Part shown: piece after piece, positions 58,160-64,000 of the stretch
Layout: every line of letters begins with the position of its first letter
Numbering within the stretch: the first letter of the stretch is position 1
Assembly: GCA_024679065.1 (NCBI GenBank)
Contig: JAGIQG010000009.1
Coordinates: forward strand, 92,132,001-92,196,000
Direction: 5' to 3'
Source of the DNA: Sphyrna mokarran
Lineage: Eukaryota
DNA length: 64,000 nucleotides
Translations under genes and position numbers: made by a program
The notes under the pieces: generated by a model
Seen by the model: only the letters and a program-made list of their open reading frames with translations
Told to the model about the DNA's origin: nothing
Database searches by the model: none

Positions 58160-59966
58160 AAAGAACAAAACAGCACGGGAAACAGGCCCTTCGGCCCAAC
58201 GAGCCTGCACCGCCACTCCGATGTTCCCACCTCTACCTGCGATCCCTGTCCATGTTTATAGATCTATGGATTAAATACCAAATTTGAGACAATTTAGGGA
58301 GAATTTGTTTTGCCAATTAGCCTAAGAGCACATCTTTGGGATGTGGGAGGAAACCGGACCATCTGGAGAAAACCCACACAAGCACAGGGAGAATGCGCAA
58401 ACTCCCACAGACACAGGCCCAAATCCACGTATCTGCACAGCACAGCGCAGCGATAGTCACTAAGCTGTCGTGTTGCCCATCAAATGGTCCAGGTCAAGCA
58501 TACACTAACGACGTGAAGCAGTAGGATATTCTCAAAAAAAATCCAAGAGCAGCCCTCTCACGACTCATCGCGTGTATGCCCCTTGTTAGACAAGGTGAAC
58601 CAAAGCACCTGTAGGATAAAAACAACTATATCAATATCATCATCTATTTACATACTTCCCAGGGACTCCCAAGGCTCATGATCCCTATTTTAAATCAGTT
58701 TTCTATACCCCTCCATTCCCATTCTGTTCACGTGCCCATCTAAGTATTTCTTAAATAACTCCAGAGTACCTGCCTCCACCACTTTACTTGGCAGCGCATT
58801 CCATACCCCCACCACCCTCTGTGTGAAAAAACTCCCTCTAGAATCCAAATTATACCTTACCCCCCTCAACCTAAGCCCGTGACCCCTCGTGCTATTCGAG
58901 TCCATCCTAGGAAAAAGCTTAACCCTGTTTATCTATACCTCTCATAATCTTGTACACCTCTATTAGATCTCCTCTAAGTCTACGTCTTTCTAAGGAAAAC
59001 AGTCCCAATTTGCCTAACCTCTCCTCATAACTCAGACCTTCCATACCAGGCAGCATCCTGGTAAACCTCCTCTGCACTCTCTCCAGAGTCTCCACGTCCT
59101 TCCGGTAGTAGGGCGACCAGAATTGGACGCAGTATTCCAAATGAGGTCTAACCAATGTTTTATACAACTGCAACATTAAAGGCCAGCTCTTGTACTCTAT
59201 ACCCCTTCCTATAAAGGCTAACATACTATATGCTTTCTTCACAACCTTCTCCACTTGCTCTGCCACCTTCAGAGACTTGTTCACCTGTACCCCCAGGTCC
59301 CTCTGCGTTTCTATACTCTTAATAGGTCTACCCTTTATCATATACCTCCCCCCTACATTCTTTCTCCCAAAATGCATCACCTCACATTTATCAGGATTGA
59401 ATTCCATCTGCCACCTGTCTGCCCAAGCTAACAGCCTATCTATGTCCTGCTGCATCGCCTGACAATGCTCCTCACTATCTGCAAGTCCAGCCATCTTTGT
59501 ATCGTCTGCAAACTTGCTGATCACTGCACTTACTCCCTCTTCCAAGTCATTTATCTATATTACGAATAGAAGAGGTCCCAGTACCGAGCCCTGCGGCATA
59601 CCACTGGTGACTGACCTCCAGCTAGATAAACACTCTTCTACTATTACCCTCTGTCTCCTTTTACCAAGCCAGTTACTTATCCATCTAGCTACCTGTCCTT
59701 GTATCCCATTAGCCTTGACCTTGTCAACTAACCTCCCATGAGGGACTTTGTCAAACGTCTTACTAAAATCCATATAGATGACATCAGCGGCTCGCCCTTC
59801 ATCCACCGTTTTCGTCACCTCCTCAAAAAATTCTACCAGATTTGTAAGGTACGACCTTCCCTTAACAAATCCATGCTGCGTATCCCTAATCAGATCACAA
59901 CGCTCTAAGTGCCTGTACATCCTGTCACTAAGAATCCCTTCCAACAGCTTCCCTACCACTGATGTC
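58160..59966 (-). mobile_element. Young 5'-truncated CR1 (RT to 3' end) with SINE-containing 3' UTR
   Basis: Minus ORFs 59555-60001, 58919-59545 and 58690-58905 are closely related to ORF2 12531-15437 (ERCDLIRDTQHGF, FADDTKM.GL). The 3' UTR matches 3829-4369. Confidence 0.9.
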
Positions 59967-59984
59967 ATTGCTGTAAATGTATAA

Positions 59985-60552
59985 GATACAAGTGAGGCCA
60001 CATTTAAAATATTTTGTAGAGTTTCATCCTCTTACCAAAGGAAAGATATACCATCATTGGAGGTAGTACAAAGGAGGTTTACTAAAATCATCCTGGGTAT
60101 GAATGGACTGCTGTATGAGGAAGGATTAAACAGATTTGATCTATACTCTTTGAAGTTCAGAAAAATGAGAGGTGAATGATTGAAACATATAGGATTCTTA
60201 GACAGGGCAAATGTTAGGAGGATGTTTCCACTCATGGGAGAGTGTAGGATCACAGGACATAGTTGCAGAACAAGGGGGTGATCATTTAATGCGGATTTGA
60301 GGATGAATTCCTTCTCTCAAAGACTGATGAATCCTTGGAATTCTTTTCCCCAGGAAGTTTGAAGGCCAAGTCCTTGAACATTTACAAGACTGAGATCAAT
60401 AGAATTTTTAATCAATAGAGGAATTAATTTGTATGGAATCAAAACAGAGAACTGGACTTAGTGAGTGTTAGATCTGCCATGATGTTATTAAATGGTGCAA
60501 CATTCACGAGGGCTGAATGCCCCTCCCTGTTCCTATTTCTTATGGTCTTATG
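59985..60552 (+). mobile_element. Degraded CR1 3' fragment
   Basis: ORF2-end remnants and tail cctgttcctatttcttatggtcttatg. Confidence 0.7.
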
Positions 60553-60699
60553 TCAGGTTAGTGATCTTCATTTATTTCTTAATTTTAAGGCCCTGTTGCA
60601 TTTGCAGTGTTTATCTACACATTTGAGGTGAATCCAAAATCTAGATATGTTGGAGCAAAGAACACAGTCATCATTGAATAGGCACAATGGATCCCTCTG

Positions 60700-62190
60700 T
60701 AGAATAATGCACAACCATCCTAGAATGTTTGTTGGAACAGCTGGGGAGATTTTGGACTAATATTCCAAAGGGATGGGAACCGATGTAAGGAGTCAGAGAA
60801 GGGGGGAACTAGGACAAAAACAAAAGGTAGAAAAGGAAATGAGAAAAGTGACTGGCAGAGAAACCAAGGATAACATTCAATCAGGGCTATAGAGGAAAAT
60901 ATTGGGAGTGAGACAATATTAAAAAGACAAGCTAAAAGACTCTGCGCTCTCATGCATGGAGCATTTGCAATAAAATGGACGTAATAATCATCCAACTAGA
61001 TGTAAACAGGTACAATATCATTGGAATTACGAGACATGTCTGTAAGGTGACCAGGGATGGGAACTGAATGTCTTGGGGTATTCAGTATTTAGGAAGGACA
61101 GGCATAAAGGAAAAGATAGAGTTGCACTAATGGTTAAAGAGGAAATTAACACAATACTGAGAATATTAGCCCTGACAATATGGAGTCTGAGGGTAGATTT
61201 GAGAAATAATAAAGCAAAAAAAAATCACTGGGGTGTCATATAAAGACCCTCAAACTATGTTGGTGATGTTGGGACTGGTATTAAATACAAAAATAGGGAT
61301 GCATGTCATAAGGGAATATCAGTGTTCATGGGCGATTTTAATCTGCACATAGATTGGGAAAATCAAGTTAGTCACAACGCCAAAAGGACGAATTCCTGGA
61401 GTGAATTTTGTGGAGAAATCAACTGGAGAGCAGGCTGTCTTAGTCTGGGTACTGTGTAATGAAAAAGGAGTCAATGCCAATCTAGTTGTGTGTGACCCTT
61501 TGGGGATTATCGATCATAACATGATAGAACATTTTTGTCAAGATGGAAGGTGAAGTAGTTGATTCACAGACTAGGTTGCTAAATCTTAATAAAGGAAACT
61601 ATGAAGATATGAGGCATGAGTTGGCCTTGATAGATTGGGGAGAGTCACTTAAAGGAATGACAGTGGCTAAGTAATGGCGAACATTCAAGGAATGCATGGA
61701 GGAATGGCAAAAACTGCTTATTTCTGTCTGGCACAAAAACAAAATGGTAAGAGGACCAATACATAGCTTAAAAAGGAAATTGGAGATAGTATTCAATCCA
61801 AGGAAGAAGCATACAGCTTGGCCAAGAAAAATAACAGGTCTGAGGTTTGAGAGCAGATTAAAATTCAGCAAAGAAGGACTGAAGGATTGGTTAAGAAGGA
61901 GAAAATACAGTATTAAAGTAAGTTTGCAGGAAACATTAAGACTGATATGAAGATTTTCTATAAATGTGAAGAGAAAGAGGTTGGTGAAGACAAATAGAGG
62001 TCCCCTATAGACAGAAGTAGGGGAATACATAATAGGGGACAAAGAAATGGCTGAAAACATGAATACCTACTTTGGTTCGGTCTTCACTGAAGAGGGTGCA
62101 AATCAGATGACAGAAATTTCAGGAATGCAAGATTTAGTGAGAGGGAAGAACTGAGGTAGATCAACATTAGTAATGAAATGGTACTGGTGC
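60700..62190 (+). mobile_element. Degraded CR1 (ORF1 end + APE region)
   Basis: Remnants of GDQGWELN..GYSVFRKDR, MGDFNLHIDW, DHNMIE and KEMAE.MNTYF.SVFT. Confidence 0.75.
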
Positions 62191-64000
62191 TATATTCAGC
62201 AGTTTATTTTTTTCTTTTGTTTGGCTAGTACCAACATGATGGGCCAAAGAACCTCTTTCTGCACTGTGATCTTTTTATTGTTCTGCTGAAATACTACCCA
62301 TCAACTGGCTGTGTCCACGAATCTGCCATACACACTTCATACTGAGTTTGGTGACTTCTATGCCTATACATGTAGCACTCAATTCTTGGATCCAGTGTTA
62401 CTCACATCAGCAATTATTAATTATCCCAGTGCAGTTCCAAAGAAGATTTTATTATTCTTCTTCTTTCATGGGTTTCAGTGTCACTGTTACGTCAACGTAC
62501 AATGCCCATCCCTAATTGTCCTTGTAGTGACTAGCTTGCTCAGTCATTAACAAGTTAGTCATATTGTTGTAGATCTGGAGGCACATTTCCATCAGGTCAA
62601 ATAAGGATGGCAGATTTTGTCCCCAAAAGTACATTAATGAACCAGATGTTTGTTTTTTTTTGCAACAAGCTATAGCAATTGCCACAATCACCATCACAGA
62701 AAAAAAGCTTCAAATTCCAGCCTTTGTGCATGACAATGATTTCCAAAAATCCCACTTTTTTAGTGGGATTCAAACCATTAGCCTCGATCCAAGAATTACC
62801 AGTCCAGTGACATTACCACTGACCCACCATCCTCATCTCCGTCCCACCTAGAACTGCCCTAAAAATGAAACTTAAATGAGAAAGATGTCACTTTCTCTAT
62901 TATTATTGATCTGATGTCAGATGTCATATATCTGGCGAAGTCCTTTGCAATGCTGAAATGGACTTGGTTGTGGACTTCTGAAAAATGACTACATGCTGTA
63001 CTGTTTACAAGTGGTCTGAGTCAGAACGGCATAATTGAAGTAATTGTGATAGTTAATTCTTACTGAATTTCAGGAATTACAACCTTCAAACCATTAGACT
63101 GAGATGAGTGAAGTGACAACAGTAATATCCAGATCAAGTTTAAAAAAAGATAGCTTCTACAGTGAGGTAACAGTTACACACTCACTTAAACATTATATCA
63201 ATTCCTCAATCAACTCATCCTTAATCCACACTGAACACATATATCTCTGTTGACTGATCTTTTGCACATGCACATTATCAATACTGACAATATATGAAAC
63301 ATTAACTTGTTGAAATTCGCCACGTATACAGCAAGATATTGTTTTTTCATGTTTCCTTTCCGAGTATTAATTACTGCTTTGTACAACTTTCAAAATTACT
63401 TTCCAGCTTCTTCTTGCTTTATCCAATTTAACTTTCAAGGTCCAGATTTACAAATTATATTGTTTATTTTTCATTTGTGTCATGGTTATTGGGCAAGAGC
63501 AGGAGGGTTGGCCTATGTAAGATATTGTGTTAGTGCAGCTTTGATGGGCTGCACTCTAGGGATTCTATACTACCTCTTTTTATTCACTCATGGAACATGG
63601 ACATCGCTGGCTGGACAGAAATCATTACCAATCCTAAAATCATTACTGCAGCAGTTCTTTTAGAATGATAGTACATTCTCAAACAGACTGTTGTCCTTTT
63701 TCTTCACCTGCAATTAGAAAATACTTTTGCCTTCATGTGTTTTACACTGGATTCATCTGCTTCCATTCCTATTCTCATGATCTGAGATTTGCAAATATCC
63801 ACCAACAATTTGTAATGGTTAATCTAGTCTTTTGGCTGCTGAATCTCAGACTCCACAGATGTCAGCTTCTCTTTCAGGACATGTGCCAAATTGACTGGAG
63901 TAAGTCCAAAAGGGACGTTGAATTGGACAAGCATTTCTTACATCTGCATTATGGACTATTGCTTTAGAACTTACCAGTTTATTCCCACATATAGCTCCAT

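Noticed and set aside
60745-60780. Third ORF1/ORF2 junction as extra support for the frameshift signal
   Set aside because: Too degraded (ttttggactaa) to count as evidence.
63660-64000. Minus-strand GTAAGT donor near 63970 and a coiled-coil-like phrase (LKEKLTSVESEIQQ) at the window edge
   Set aside because: Frames contain stops, there is no recognisable family, and the context is cut off by the window end.

Overview
Vertebrate genomic DNA, most likely a cartilaginous fish (shark); this is inferred from the HE1/V-SINE-type SINEs, HER1/CR1 LINEs, Penelope remnants and gene content. Two intact, convergent, spliced genes were reconstructed by hand from splice signals and reading-frame phase. 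The first is a complete six-exon MHC class I heavy-chain gene on the + strand: join 5980-6046, 22234-22494, 24437-24712, 25540-25806, 31642-31758, 39850-39866 (1005 nt, 334 aa). It has an X1/X2/Y-type promoter but is clearly non-classical: most peptide-terminus anchor residues are replaced, the groove is strongly hydrophobic, and the short tail ends in a YxxΦ motif (…KKWKKQREYHGV*) resembling CD1d. It is therefore a candidate lipid-presenting, endosome-sorted class I molecule. The second is a two-exon GPR139/GPR142-like rhodopsin-class GPCR on the - strand (54287-54218 + 42223-41319, 324 aa), with a TATA box and a juxtaposed homeodomain + O/E-like promoter motif. The rest is transposon-rich intron and intergenic DNA. 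Notable there is a young CR1 LINE with an intact 968-aa ORF2, whose ORF1/ORF2 junction is a U-UUA-AAC slippery heptamer followed 5 nt later by a perfect G-quadruplex motif (candidate programmed -1 frameshift). There are also CR1 families that carry a whole degenerate SINE in their 3' UTR, and Penelope elements with inverted repeats and hammerhead-like motifs. Transposon boundaries without a stated TSD are approximate.
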